Below the pieces are notes generated by a model. It was not told the origin of the DNA, made no database searches, and saw only the letters and a list, made by a program, of their open reading frames with translations. From Octopus vulgaris (taxonomy: Eukaryota), in contig OX597818.1 in assembly GCA_951406725.2 (NCBI GenBank), forward strand, positions 76,694,001 through 76,758,000: a stretch of DNA of 64,000 nt. The letters are read 5' to 3'. Below are positions 12,765 to 27,402 of this stretch, in pieces (the first letter of the stretch is position 1; every line of letters begins with the position of its first letter). The position numbers and the translations under genes were made by a program.

Positions 12765-14010
12765 TTGGTTGAGATCACTGCTGATATGTGTCACATGGGA
12801 TGTTGAATAGAAAAGTGTTAGATTCTTTTCTAGCTGGGTTTACACTTGTCTCATTGACTGACTAATAAAAAAACATTTTGAGAACATTGATAACATTGTT
12901 TCATTAAAAGGATTATTATTATCATCATCATCATCGTTATTAATATTATTATTATTAAAGGCTTTATGAAACAATATGTTGTTCCTGCTTGTTAATCCTC
13001 AAATGTGGCTATATGTGTACCGACAATTATTATGGCATGTATGAAAAAAAATAAATACCAGATTACATGTATAATGGTACATTTTTGAGGAATCTCTAAT
13101 ATCTTTGTTGTTTGACATCAGATTATCCCAGATCCTTGGTTTTTTGCTTTGGTTTAAAGTTATCTTGATCTGCATGTATCTAGAGTTACATTCCAGCTTG
13201 GTTTTCATTTGATCATTTTACTATTTAGCAGTGAATCCTTTTACCATCATCAAGAGATTACTCTATGTACATGGTCCCTTAAAGGAATAGTTTTTGGAAT
13301 TATTGAACTGGTTTTATGACAAGACTGGTTCGCTAAATCCTTTTTATTATTGTACAGCAATTTTTTACAGAAGAGAATATGTAAGATTTTCAGTTATTTC
13401 CCTCATCATGGTTTTAACATTTTGTTTTTCTGTATATTGAACTGATCAGAAACATTGTAACGCTACACTTTAATTGTATTTGTCATTTATTGTATTGTTT
13501 GTTCATACATTTAACACCAGTTTTTTTTTTTAATGTTTGCATGGTTTTGGCTTGCGGGTTATTCAGAATTTAATTGCTGGATGCTTTTCCGTGAGCAAGG
13601 AATTTCTTTATTCTAGAAGACAGAAAATGTAGAGCAACCAACATCAGCACTACTACTTTATTCAAATGGTGACAGCATGGAATATAGACACGCACACATG
13701 CTCGTCTTTTATTTTTTACCTGTTTCAGTAATTGGACACTGGCCATGCTGGTGTTCCACTTTTAAGGTTTTTAGTCAAATATATTGACCCCAATACATAT
13801 TGTTCTTTTTTAAAGTCTGGTACTTATTCTATATGTTTCTTTTGCCAAACTGCGAAGCTACAAGGACATAAGCAAACAAACACCAGCTGTCAAGTGGTGG
13901 TGGTGGGGACAAACATACACACACACACATATGCATACATAACATGCTTCTTTCAGTTTCTGTCTACCAAATCTACTTACAGGGCTTTGGTCAGCCCAGA
14001 CCTTATTGTA

Positions 14011-15233
14011 TTAGGTTGTCCTGAAAATAATGGCTGATTTCAGAAACATAATTTTATTCTGGAAAAATTAACAATAGAAATGTTTTGATTAGTCAAGGTA
14101 TGAACCATGAACATCTGTGCACATCGGCCATCGATCAACAAGATTACTTATGCCTTGTTGATAAGAACTTATTGGCTTTGATGCTAAGAAAATTTTGAAA
14201 GCTGATTCCACCTCTGGTTTGGACCTGGAAGTTTTATCACCTAAAAACGCGTTTAACTGCTTTAAAAAATGGTAGTCAGTGGGTGAAAGATCAGGAGACT
14301 ATGGAGGATGTGGTAAAGTCTCGTATCCTAAGTCTGTGAGTTTCTGCAGCGTCATTCTTGCAAAATGTGACTTTGCATTATCGTGGAGCAGAATTGGACC
14401 ATACCAATTCACCAATACAGGTCTCATTTTTGCAAGTGCGCATGCATTTCAGCGAGCTGATTGCAGTAAACCTCTGCTGTAATGCTCTGATTGACTTCCA
14501 GAAAACTGTAATGGACAACACTAATTGCAGACCACCAGACAGTCACTATAATCTTTTGCTGATGCAACTTTGACTTTGTGAAATGTTTGGGGGACTCATC
14601 ACGATCAAGCCATTGACCTGATCATTAACGGTTATCATAAAGGTTCCACTTTACGTCACAAGTGACTATTTGGTCAAGAAAGGGATCATTGGTGTTTCGC
14701 AGAAAGAGCATCAAGCACACTTCAAAATGCCAAACTTTTTGATTTTCATTGAGCTCATGCAGTATCCATTTATCAAGCTTACCAATTTTCTGCAGATTGC
14801 TTGAGACTGTTGCAATACTGACACCAAGTGCCTGAGACATTTCTCTGACACCTTGACATGGGTTTTGTTCAACAATTGCTTTCAATTGTTCATTGTCAAG
14901 ACTGCACAACCGTCCTCTACCTTCTTCATCTTTCATCACCTGGACCCCTCTCCCCATGCTCTGTTGATATTGGCAGCAGTTTAGGAGGCATTGTGTCCAA
15001 GCTTGAACTCATGCAAGTAAAGTAAGTGAAGGTCCTTTTTTTGTCATGTTCATAATTAAGGGCACATATGCTTCAAGAATGTTTTCTGTTTGAAATAAGT
15101 AGAAAATTATTAAAGAGCATACATCAATTATTAAGTATGTCAAAATTTACCTAAAATATAATTAAAATTTTATGATAAAATTGCGTTTCAAAACACAACA
15201 CTTAGAGTGGCCATTATTTTCAGAACAACCTAA
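14011..15233 (-). mobile_element. Mariner DNA transposon (cecropia/Hsmar1-like), defective, inserted into a SINE
   Basis: TA target-site duplications (TSDs) at 14009-14010 and 15234-15235. 24-bp TIRs ttaggttgtcctgaaaataatggc / gccattattttcagaacaacctaa (1 mismatch). 1223 bp. Confidence 0.93.
14089..15053 (-). pseudogene. Mariner transposase pseudogene
   Basis: Fragments HEFKLGHNA, WILHEL (WVPHEL motif), IVTCDVKW (first catalytic D), HPP*SPDLSPTDY (YSPDL motif with a stop), and C-terminus GISNLVDRW...GSYLD*. Has frameshifts, stops and an apparent deletion in the N-terminal HTH region. Confidence 0.88.
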
Positions 15234-17218
15234 TAGAAGTCACTTTCCCAAGGGTCCATGGAATAAAACAGAACCTGAAATTACACAGATTGAAAGCAAA
15301 GTTGTTAACCACAAAATTATGTCTGTTCCTGTAGCATAGGAGATATGTAAATGTCATACAAAGTATTCCTCTATGTATGGTGACAGAGATAACAATAATA
15401 ATAAATATAATTATTGTTAAACACAAATAAAATATTGTAGCCATTATTATCTCAATACTTTTGTTTCTTGTATAAAATGAAATTTTATTTTTATTGTAAT
15501 TCATTGTATTTATAATGTAACATTATATTAGCATATATATACATCCATCCACATACACATATACACATACATACTTACATGCATGTATGTGCACGCACAC
15601 ACTCACGGAGTGTCAGTGGTGCTTTCATAATAAATATACAAAGGTACCTAAGTGTTTTTAGTCAAACTACATAATGTTATCTGCCAGCACATCTGTGTCG
15701 ATGTTTCAGTCATTAGCTTGGCCTTCTACTGCTGTTGTTGTTGATGTTGTGGTGGTGATGGTGGTATAGCCCTAGCTAAGACCTCATTGAACTAACCTAG
15801 GGCACATATGTAATCATTCAAATAACTTGATGTCATCTATAGTCACTACTTTACTAGTGTACAAACTCAGTACTGTGCAGAGAGCTTCTTATAATGCAAA
15901 AAAAAAAGAGAATGATTTATTAATCTCTACAGAGGTGATCTGTCAAAGAAGTATTGAAGACCAATGGAAGGCTATGTGTATTTGTCAATAACTTCTATTT
16001 TTCCCTTCATATTGATTTCTCTAATCCACCTAATTACCTCTAATGTTCTCAGAAAGCATTGCCAGGCTTGCATACACAGGTAGTATTTTTGAGGTTATTG
16101 ATGCTTCTGTTGCTACTTATAAACTCTACCTTCCCACACTCCCTGTTCTATTCCCAGTCATTTCTACTCACCTCATATCTTAGAATCTACCCTGACACTT
16201 TATCACCATTAGTTTTATCTCTATCTCTTTCCATCTCCACCCTGAATTCCCCCCCCCCGATCCTCTCTTCTAAAATGTGAGTAGCCATCTAGATCCTCTG
16301 TAGCAAGAAACCTGTTCGACTCTGGCCTCTTCTCTCACATTTTAACCCCTCATCCCATAGCATAAAGCCACCTCCCTCCCTCTTTACTATAGCCCTACTC
16401 AGTTACAGAGAATTTTAGTCTTGCAGGCTGCATGAGGACCTCACTGGTGTTGGTGTCACAAAAAAAGCACCCAGAACATGTTAAGTTGTTGGCATTAAGA
16501 AGGGTATCCAGCCATAGAAACCATGCCAAAGCAGACAGGAGCATGATGCAGTCTTTGGACCTATATCCTGCCAAACAATCTGGCCCATGCCAACATGGAT
16601 CATGAATGTTAAACGTTGATGTTGTTGTTGATGTAACATAGATGGTGATTTTAAGGATGATATTGGTGTTGTTATGTTGGTGGTGATGGTTTTCTGGAGT
16701 GTTATTGAACATATAGTGGCAGAAACTATGAGAAGTGATGTTACTATAGAAAGTGTCAATGTTTTTTTTTTTTTTATATATCATGCATATTTCTGTATGA
16801 GCATACCTGTGATTGTGGTTACAGTCTGTAATGATGTAAAGAGTTTTGTTTTGTATCTTTTAATATATCAGGCCTCATGGAGATGTATCTTGCAGGCCCA
16901 GACAAAGCTGGGATAATTCATAGCAAGTTTAACATATATTGTGTGCACCACTGTTGCTGTTTCCCTCTTTTAACTAAATGTAATATCAGTGTGTGGTGTG
17001 TGTACTGATAAGTTGTTTGTGCATTGTTCTATTTACTTTCTTCTGTCCTTTACATGTGCTGTAAATGTAGCAAAGGTGTTAATGAGTTGTACACCATTTA
17101 TAGCATATGTGTATCCACATGATTCTGTAACAATGCTTGCCATGGGGTGTATCTTACAGAACTCCTAAGAGACACCATGTTAAATACAAAGCTTGCCTCA
17201 AATAATATTTTTAATTCA

Positions 17219-17284
17219 CAAAGTCTCTTAGAAGTTGTTCCAAAGTCTCTTAGAAGTTGTTCCAAAGTCTCTTAGAAGTTGTTC
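17219..17284. repeat. Perfect 22-bp tandem repeat x3
   Basis: caaagtctcttagaagttgttc repeated three times without spacers. Confidence 0.9.
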
Positions 17285-20200
17285 CATGTTTGTGTGTATA
17301 CAGTCATGTTGTAAATGATGTACATATCATTAATTTAATCTCTACCATTTCAAGTGTATATACTGACTCATTGTTCTTGTTTTTCACACATGTCCATGTG
17401 TGCATATTTGTATTGTTGGGTGGGTGTTTGTGCTGTTGAGTGTAACAGTTTGTTGTCTTTGATGTTTTCTGGTGTTGTTGGTGAGAAGAGAGGTTGTAGA
17501 CTTAGTTGCTGTTGTTGTTGTTGTTGTTTTGGAGCTTTCTTTTAAAATGAATTTGATATTGAGGAAGGAATTCAGTCTAGTTTTTGTGGTGACTTGTATG
17601 TTGACAGCTTCAAGGTAAAAATGGGGGGGGGGGGGAAAGGCCTGAGTTGAGTGATTTGTGGGATGTGAACACAGTATGGGTGGCCAGAGGAGGATAGACA
17701 AGTTGGAAATGACTGAGTATACTTAACACAAGATGAGCCAGGTGCTTTGAATTGGGGCCATAGTACAGCAGTAAAAAAGGAATACTGAAGAGACATTACA
17801 TCCATTGGCCAAAGGTAGATGTGTCTGTGTATAATAAGTAACTACATGCCAGTCAGTTTGCTGAGTGTTTTTCTTTTTAGATGTGGGCATGTAGTCTAAG
17901 AATTCTCTTGAAAGTTGTTCCTATATGTAGCAACAACACTATCCCAGATCTGAGGATAGTATTCGATTGTGGGTTTCACTTGAACTTTGTAAAGGGTCAA
18001 TAGTTATTTGGGAATTGTATTTTCCAATTATGAAGAGAGGGACCAGTCTTTTTATGAAACAGTCTAGGTACGGTTAAGGAAATGCCATCATCAGACTAAT
18101 CCTGAGCAACAGTGAAACCTAGTGTTAGTAGTTACCTTGTTATTTCTTTAATTGACTGTATCAACAAGCTGAGTCATGTTTCTGCCACAGACAATTGTAA
18201 TAACAGTTGATTGGCATTTCAACTTCTATCATTATTACAGTACTAGAGTATTATCCTTCATATGACAGGTAACTTCAGAAATATATTTTTGCCACTGTGG
18301 GTAATATCAAGAAATAAGGCATATGTACAATGATTATAATTTAACTTTTATAAAATTTTGAGGTGCTTATAGAAAATGATGAATTGAATTCTAATTTTCA
18401 AAAGGAACAAGTTTATCATTTTGTACACCCCATAACTACTCCAGCATTTACTTCTCCTCTGTGATAATTTCTCTCTCACCTTTACTAATTGCCTGCCAAG
18501 CTTAAAATGTGCACTCATTCTGTATTTAATAACTCATTCTGCATCTTTCCTTTACTCTCTCTCTCCCCACCTATATACAATATAAAATGTGAGTGGAGGA
18601 AGCAACCAACCAAACAACCAACCAGCCAACATATCAGCTATTATTGTATAGAGATTTTCAACATCCTCTTCTCTGCTTCTTGCCCCTCTCCCCTCTCTCT
18701 CCCTCCATCATTTTCTCTACCATTCAATTTTTAGCCAATTTATCAAACAAACTGATCACAATAAAGTTTTAACATCTCAAATACAGTCCCACTATGCAGC
18801 GCATTGAACAAAGTCTTCTATTATAGCCCCAAGCTAACAAAGCCATGTGAGTGGTTTGGTAAGCAGAAACTGAAAGAAACCAATCATATAACATTATAGT
18901 GTGTGTGTGCACGCACGCACATTTTGTTTTACCCCTGTCTTTGTTCATTTCCAGTCTTCTGTGAAAAGCATATCTGGCCATGGAGAATATTACCTTACTT
19001 GAAAACAAGTAAAAATTGATGACAGGGAGACATCTAACTGGAAAATCTGCCTCAGTGAATATTGTCTAACCCCTTGCAACCGTGAACAAGTGGTCATTAA
19101 AGCAACGATAATGAATTTTCCTTGAAGATCCTTTCATCCTCTTGAACAAATTATTGCAAGGTGGAAGAAGGTTGCTTTTGAAGCTTATCCAAAATTCACA
19201 GGGCCCTTCCTTGGATCACTGAACACCTCTATATCTCCAGGGCTTGCACCAATATCCCAGCTGACTCCACTCACTCTTATAGGACTTGCATTTATCTGTT
19301 TTTAAATGTTCTTTCTCTGCTTTCACATGTATGAAGTTTTTATTCTATTTATCCATTTTCTTTTTTTAATTATTTTTGATGATAGTTTAAATTGATGAAA
19401 AGAATATACTTGATTTTGTGGCCTTATTAGGAAACCCTTTGTAGAACCTCTTATACAGTTGTCTCATCAAAAAATAACCTGTATTTAAAATTCTGTATAG
19501 TTCTTGTGGCATTTCAGCTCTTCATAACTTTGATATGAAACAAAGAAACCTTTGTGTGTGAATTAAAATTAAATTGACTTCCTCTTTCTTCTTTCAAGTT
19601 CAATGTTAATAATTAAGTTTGCATCAATATCGTTTATTTCCAATTTAATTTGATGGAAGTTTCAAAATAGTTATCTTTCCCTCTTTCACAGCCTCTTTAC
19701 TAAGTGGTACACCAAAATTTTAGTGAAATTAAAGTCATGTCATACTTTCTCAGTCATTCTTACTGCTCTCTCTCTTTTGTAATTAGACTTCATCTGTTTT
19801 GCAAAACCCATTACTTGCTCTCTCTATTGTAATTAGCCTTCATCTGTTTTACGAGACCTGTTAATTATTTTCCTGCTCAGAATACTCTACATCACTCTGA
19901 CTAAACCACAGCACAAACTGATTCATCTGTTTTACAATACATTCCTCTGTTCTCTGATTAGATACTGCCATTCTTTCAGAGATCACTCAACAAATTCGCA
20001 CACATTAATTTGACAATTTGGTGTCAAATTGTAGCTGATAGCTTCAACAAAAAAGAAATCAATGAAATGCCAAACAATCTTGTAATGTTTAAACTATTTG
20101 ATATATGAATTTGTCTGTTGTGTAAATACACTATTACAGAACAGCTCTCAGTAAGTTTTGTGTTATAGACATCTTTAGTTCTCTGTTTTCAGATGTGTAT

Positions 20201-21312
20201 TGTGTTATGTGGTATATTTTGGACTTCAGAATTTCCCTTAATTTTCTGTTGCAAAGACTACAACACATATGATTTCTTTTATTATAAATTTTCATTCCAT
20301 CATCAAGTCATTCCTTCATTTTGGAGATGTCTGTTTTTATTTTTGTTGCTTGTTTTCTTCTTTTCATACTTTCATTCATTCACTCCTTTTTATGTCTGAA
20401 TTTATATTAACTAAAGTCAGATGTCCTCCTTCTCACCAACTCTTCCCTATTCTCCAAGTAAGGGATCTCTTGTTCCATGTCTCCAAAAGTGCAAACCCAG
20501 CATATGATTTGTTACAAGGAAAATGACAACAAACTGCACCACATGTAGCTTTGTGCTTTTTTTTGTGTGTGTGAAGCACACAACACAAGCATTTTTCTAT
20601 TCAGACACACACACACGCACACACATATCATTTTTACTGTCCACTTTTCCTTTTCCATGCTTGCATGGATTGAACAGAATTTGTTGAGGCAGATATTCTA
20701 TAGTCATACCATCAGCACTCACCCTCTTTACAAGCAAGGTAATATTTCCCCATGGTCAAACATGTTTTAACAGAAAATACATATACATATATACAGAGTG
20801 AGAGAGATAGGGATGGCCATATTATTTGCCAATTAACCACACGCACTATATACTTATTCTTTTCAACTTCATGATTATTATTATTATTTTAGTGCCCTTT
20901 GTCTGAAATCTTTCTTCACACATCCTGTGAAAGATTTCACACAAAGGACACTAAAATAATGATAATAATAAAGCTGAAGTGAAGAACAAGTATGTAGTGC
21001 ATGTAGTTAATTGGCAAAAAAATATGACCATCCCCAAATATAACAATATCTGTTTCAACACATGAGTTTACTTCAGGAATCTTGCAAAACAGAAACATAA
21101 ATGTAACACACACCCACAACATGTATGCACATAACATGTTCCTTTCAGTTTCCATCTACCAAGTTCACTCAGAAAGCTTTGGTCAGTGCAGAAGCATAGT
21201 AGAAGATACTTGCCCAAGGTGACACCCAGAGGAATTGAAACCTAAGAGCCATGTAGTTGGGAATCAAAATTCTTAAGCATACAAACAAATCCATGCATAC
21301 ATATATATATAA

Positions 21313-21354
<42 letters not shown>

Positions 21355-21825
21355 ACACTCATACGACTGGACTTCCTACACTTTCCATCTACCAATTTTA
21401 TGTACAAGGTATTATTAGGCAACACAAGACTGCAGTGAAAGACACTTGCCTAAAGTGCTTCACAGTGGAACTGAACCTGTAACCCTATGCTTGTGAAGTG
21501 ATTCTCTTAACCACATAGCCATGATTGCTGCTGTTAATAATTAACAGTTCCCTTATAAGATATTTTATTAGCTAAGCTTGTATCTTTCCAAAAGCTTTTA
21601 CACTCTAGTGTTCAGGAATGTTGCTGTTCTAACTACGGCTAACATTGTCATGAACAAAGTATGTGTGGTGCTCATGCTTCAGTAACCCTTGGCGAACATT
21701 TGCTACTCAGATGTAGTTTCAGAGCATATATACTTATGCTGTCTGGTGACACCACCTCATGACTAAACTAACTCTCTCCACCACCACCCCTCACACTCTC
21801 TTTCCATATATATATACACACATAC

Positions 21826-21880
<55 letters not shown>

Positions 21881-23716
21881 CTTGCTAACCACATTCTAAA
21901 CAGACTTTCAGGTCAATTCTCTTCTCCTAAGACCACCACTGCCACCATGTCCTTAGTAAAGCAAAAGATGGAAAATGAATTTAGTAAGATAAATAGAATG
22001 TATGAAGTTGATTAACTAGCAGATCATGAATTATAAATTTTGCCTCCACTGAATGTTTATCCCCCACCTTTCCCCCTGCCGTCTGTCTGTTTACACTCAA
22101 TATGCAGCAATTATTCCATAAGCACACACTTTAGTATATAAATTAAAGTAGGATGTGTGTATAATAGCGTGAACCTTGAAACGAAATGATCAAAGTATAT
22201 CTTAGTTTCTTGAGGTCACATGCTTTCCACTTAAGTAAACAATGCAAGCTCTATTTACATACATCATCATCATCATTGTTATAAAGTGTTTTATTATATC
22301 TTCTTTGCTCGCTTGCGGCTAAATACTGAATCTCTCTAACGAGGGTTGGAGTGGTTGCAGACATGGCTGTGTGGTTAAGAAGCTTGCTTCACAACCATGT
22401 GGTCTCAGGTTCAGTCCCTTTACATGGCACTTTGGACAAGGAACATCTATTATAATAGCTTTGAACTGTCGAAAGCTATGTGAGTGGGTTTGGTAGATGG
22501 AAACTGAAAGAAGCTCGTGTATAAATGCGTGCATATGTGTGTGTGTGTATCCTTGTCTCAACATGATGATTGTAAACAAGCATCACTATCATGCAAACGT
22601 TATTCTTCATTTCCAGCCTTGTGAGTGAATTTGGTTGATGGAAACTCAAACAGGTTCATTGTGTGTGTATGTACACACACACACACACACACATGCGCAT
22701 GCACGTATTTTTGTGTGTACCCTTGTCTTGAGGCATCACATGGTAAATGAACCTCACCGTCATGCAAGCAATGTTTTTAGTTGCAAGTCTTCTATGAAAA
22801 TCGTGTCCAATCATGAGGAAATATTACCTTGATTGGAAACAATTTACAAGTTGATGACAGGAAGGGCATCCAGTCAAAGAAAATCTGCCTCAGTAAATTC
22901 CATCCAATTCATGCAAGTATGGCAAAGTAAATTTTAAAATGATGATGGTTCAACTTTTCAAAATTTATGTGTGTGTGTGTATGTTGTAAAAGAGAAATAT
23001 GAATTGATTTGTTGCCATAGTGATTATGTCAGATTGAAAAATGAGAAACCAGTGGACAATGATCACAATTTAGAACTGGATAACTGTCTTTTTCTTTCTT
23101 TTTTTTTCCCAGTGTGTTTGTCCCTTCTATCATATGATAGAATTCGTAGGATTGCATTTCTTCATGAATTCCAATCACCAGTTGAAATATTGCTTACCAA
23201 AATACAATAGGGAAAACTTAGAATGAAGAAGATTTACAGAATAATCAATATGCCAAAACCACATAGCTAATTAACAATACAACACATATGATATATAATT
23301 AATAGGTTGTGGTATTGTTTGAGTGTTATATTTCATTTTTTAATTCATTATATTATTTGTTTTCTTTTTTTCTTTTTGTTTTCTTTCTTTTTTTTTTTGA
23401 GAGTGGAATTATATGAAATATCATACATAAAGAACATTCTTCAATCTGAAATTCTTTAAATTTAATTTTAGAAGATTCAAAATTATGTTATCATATATGC
23501 TCCAGCAAGAGATTTTTTGCTGACTCATTATGATCTGAGTTCAAATCCCACTTAAGTCAACTTTGCCTTTCATCCTTTTGGGGTCAATAGAATATAGTCC
23601 CTATCACGTACTCAAGTTGATGGTATCAACTAAACCCTCCCCGAAAATTGTTAGCCTTGTGCCAAAGTTTAAAACCATTATTATTATTATTATTATTATT
23701 ATTGTTATTATTATTA

Positions 23717-24378
23717 AGGCAGCAAGCTGGGAGAATCATCAGCATGCTGGGCAAAATGCTCAGTGGTATTTCATCCATCTTCACATTCTGAGTTTAAATT
23801 CCACTGAGGTTGACTTTACCTTTCATCCTTTCGGGGTCTATAAAATAAGTACCAGTTGAGTACTGGGGTTGATGTAATCGAGAATGCCCCTCTCCAAAAA
23901 TTTCAGGCTTTCTGCCTTTAGTAGAAAGGATTATTATTGTTGTTGTTAAGTCGGTGAGCTGAGAGAATCATTAGTATACCAGGCAAAAAGCTTTGTGGCA
24001 TTTTATGTCTTTACATTCTAAGTTCAAATTCCGCTGGGGTCAACTTTGCATTTCATCCTTTTGGTGTTGATAAATTAAGTACCAGTCAAGCACTAGGGTT
24101 GATGTACTTAACTCATTCCCTCCAACAAAATTTCAGGTCATGTGCTTATAGCAGAAAGGATTATTGTTGTTGTTATATGAGGGTGATAGATTAGAAATAT
24201 CGTTAGAGAAGTACTTTGTGATATTTCTTCCAACTTATATTTAAGAGTTCAAATCCATCAAAACTTAGCTTTGTCTATCATCAATGAAAATAAAATACCA
24301 GTCAAGTACTGGGATCAATGTAATCGACTTTACTCTCCTTTCAAAAACTACTGGCCCTGTGCTAAAATTTGAAACCAT
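23717..24378 (+). mobile_element. Tandem array of family-B SINEs separated by (ATT)/(GTT) linkers (3 copies, plus a degenerate one at ~23495-23680)
   Basis: Repeated agttcaaattcc..gg.....tttcatcctt...ataaa..aagtaccagt..ag.actggggttgatgtaatcga...aaatttcagg...gaaaggattatt units. Confidence 0.8.
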
Positions 24379-25182
24379 TATTATTATTATTATTATTATT
24401 ATCATTATTATTATTAGTCAACATTTGATAGTTTCAAACAAAGTTCTTCTACACCTCCATGTTGCTGAGGTGTGTGCAGCATTGTGTGTACTTTTCTATT
24501 GTTGTGAAAGTGAAAACTCTTCCCAGTATTGTATTGCATCAGTTTTTGTTTTGGGGGTTTGGTTGCAGTCTTTTGTTGTATTAGTGTTTGTATTATGTGT
24601 CATGTATAATGCTAGTTGTGTTCTTCTGTTGGGTGTCCAGCATATAGAGTACATGCTGTTGGGGTTTATTTTATTGGATATTTATTGTATAGAGTGTGTC
24701 TTGTGTTTGTAGATTGTTTTATTTGGGATGTACAAACTGCTTTTGACCTGTGGGTGAAATATTAAACTTGGTAGAACATGCAAGCATCTTATTGTGAAAC
24801 TGCTGATCTATAGAGTTGTTTTAGCTAGATCAGACATCATTTCAATTGACATCACGTATAACTGATAATTGATCTAGTTTGGTTATTATTAATTAGATCT
24901 ATTGAATAGTATTTCAGACCTGATGGTGAAGATGAAGCAAACATGGTGTAATAATTTGAATACGATTTTATTTGCAATCTTTAAGGAAACTGATTTCTTA
25001 ACAGAAACTGGAGTAAGGTGATCTAAGTATAGAATCCCCCTTCTACCTGCTCCAAGATCATATTTAGTGGTCAGCGCCATCATAGATGTAAGAAGATGGT
25101 CAAACTGCAGAGTTACTGGAGCAACAGATAAATTACCTTCTGGCATTTGTTCTGTTTGTACTCTGGGTTCTAATCTCATCAT

Positions 25183-25590
25183 CTTTTATCTTTTACTTGT
25201 TTCAGTCATTAGACTGGACCCATGCTGGGGCATCACTTTGAAGAATTTTTAGTCGAATGAATCAACCCCAGTGCTTGTTTTTTGTTAAGCCTAGTACTTA
25301 TTCCAGCAGTTTCTATTACCAAATTGCTAAGTTAAGGGAGATTTAAACACACCAACACCAGTTGTCAAGGAGTGGTGAGAGGGGCAGAAACAAAGACATA
25401 CACACACACACACATATACACACCCACAATGGGCTTCTTTCAGTTTCCACCTACCATATCCACTCACAAGGCTTTGGTCAGCTCAAGGTTGTAGTTGAAA
25501 ACACTTGCCCAATGTGCCACACTGTGGGACTGAACCCAGAACAATGTGGTTGGGAAGCAAGCTTGTTACCACACAGCTATGCCTGTGCCT
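25183..25590 (-). mobile_element. tRNA-derived SINE family A, near full length
   Basis: Reverse complement of the 42559-42900 copy. Similar minus copies at 13707-14010 plus 15234-15313, 29920-30325 and 55699-56066; plus copy at 32878-33295. Confidence 0.8.
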
Positions 25591-26004
25591 ATCATGGTCA
25601 ACTTTGCTTTCCTTTCTTTCTGAATTGAGAAACTGAGTACCAATCATTGGGACATGATGATTTTTTTTGTTTTTACTTCTCTTCTGTTTCTGGCTCTCTA
25701 GTTGGCTATATTCAAACCCAGAGAAAGAAGGGCTTTGCCAGATTTTAAAATGCCAAAGACATGCTGTGTGTCACAATGACACTCTAACAACTCCATCGAA
25801 AGTTAAGTGAGTGGTTGGGTGGGCCTTAACATGCAAATATAAAATTGACCAATGAGATAAGTTAAAAGTCTAAAAACCTCACACTATATTTATTCAACCA
25901 CTGCTTTCATTTTATCATATCTACCAAAAGATCTTTTCTCCATTTTAAATTGTTTCTTCACTCCCCTTGACTTAATGGTTACACCTATATTCTTACACAT
26001 AAAG

Positions 26005-26410
26005 ACAACCATAGACACAGAGAGCTGTGTATGTGCGTGCGTGTGTGTGTACTCAGAGAGCCTTATACACACATGCAGACTCAGAAAGCCATATGTATAT
26101 GCACATGCAGATCCAGGGAGCCATAAATACACATGGAGACTCAGAGCCATATGCACATATGCAGATACAATAAGCTATACACATACACTGGCAGACACAG
26201 AGCCATATACACACATAGAAATACAGTGGCGCTATATAAACACATAGGCAGACACGGTGAGCTATGTACACATGCAAACAGTGAGCTATATACACACAGT
26301 TGTATACACAGTAAGCTATATATATACACACAGACAGACACACTGAGAGCCATACAGACACATGCAGATACATAGAGCTGTATACACACATGCAATCACA
26401 CAGCAAGCCC
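26005..26410. repeat. Degenerate ~30-bp minisatellite
   Basis: Units of the form gagccatatacacacatgcagacaca repeated roughly a dozen times with variation. Confidence 0.7.
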
Positions 26411-27000
26411 ACAAACACAATCTACACAACTTGACAATATGTTTAAAGTCCAGCAAACACCAGGAAGTTGATTTTGTTTTTGTTTCAGTAAAGTGAATGT
26501 TTTGTCAAGTAGTTCTCTATGACAAGTTTAGAGCCTATTTCCACTGAGAAAACCTTGAGAGGCTTGTTGCTGGTTAACTGCTTCCACAGCAGAAACACCA
26601 CTTATTATCTGCAACCACATCATGGCTGTGCTTCTTATCACTGGTTTGGCACACACATTTCAGAAAGAATTCACTAAATTGTAAGGAGTGAAGAGTAGCA
26701 GTAGCACAAGCAGCAGCAGCAGCAGTAGTGGTGGTGGTGGTTGTGGTGGTAGTGGTGGTGGAGTGCCGATAGTGGTGGTGGTGGTGGTGGCATTGAATAT
26801 TTCTGTGTTTGTCACAAAGGCAAACATAATTACAAAACCTTTAAATGCTTAGCAAGGACATACTGTGAAATGAATATATAATCAAAGTACAAAAGGACAA
26901 AATTTAAAATATACAATGCAACATCACACATACACACTTACTTGTGTGCTTGTGTGCACACACATATATATTTACATACACATACACACACATATACATA

Positions 27001-27036
<36 letters not shown>

Positions 27037-27240
27037 ACGGGAAGCTTTATGAAAATAAACAAAAGACGAAGGCAGGTGGAAAACAAACGAACAATTGTAT
27101 TAGTATGGCGCTCAGGAAATATAAATAAAACAAGTCTTTAACGTTTCGAGCCTACGCTCTTCAACAGAAAGATACACAGAGAGAGAAAAACACAGAAAGA
27201 AGGAGAGAAAAAAAATGCGTGCAGTAGCTAACGAATCAAC
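27037..27240 (-). mobile_element. Short young non-coding insert in (TA)n carrying a minimal hammerhead motif (Penelope pLTR-like)
   Basis: Bounded by (TA)n on both sides, retains many CpGs unlike its flanks, and contains the hammerhead motif at 27135-27172. Confidence 0.6.
27135..27172 (-). ncRNA. Minimal type I hammerhead ribozyme motif (variant core)
   Basis: Minus strand reads UCUUU-CUGUUGA-A-GAGC-GUAG-GCUC-GAAAC-GUU-AAAGA: 5-bp stem I, 4-bp stem II, palindromic ACGU stem III. Core has U in place of A6. Confidence 0.6.
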
Positions 27241-27294
27241 ATATATATATATATATATGTGTGTGTGTGAGGGTGCATACATACTTATATATGT

Positions 27295-27334
<40 letters not shown>

Positions 27335-27365
27335 GTCCATATGTGTATATACATTTATATACACT

Positions 27366-27402
<37 letters not shown>

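Noticed and set aside
17219-17284. Short direct repeats as a CRISPR array
   Set aside because: No spacers and eukaryotic context; a plain tandem repeat.
17130-17620. AMG and VND-like peptides suggesting a Penelope reverse transcriptase
   Set aside because: Motifs are too degenerate and not supported by neighbouring residues; needs BLASTX or HMM evidence.
20937-21155. ORF beginning METERN resembles the next SIK exon (VMETER...)
   Set aside because: Wrong strand and wrong position; it derives from the SINE motif gatggaaactgaaag found many times in the window.
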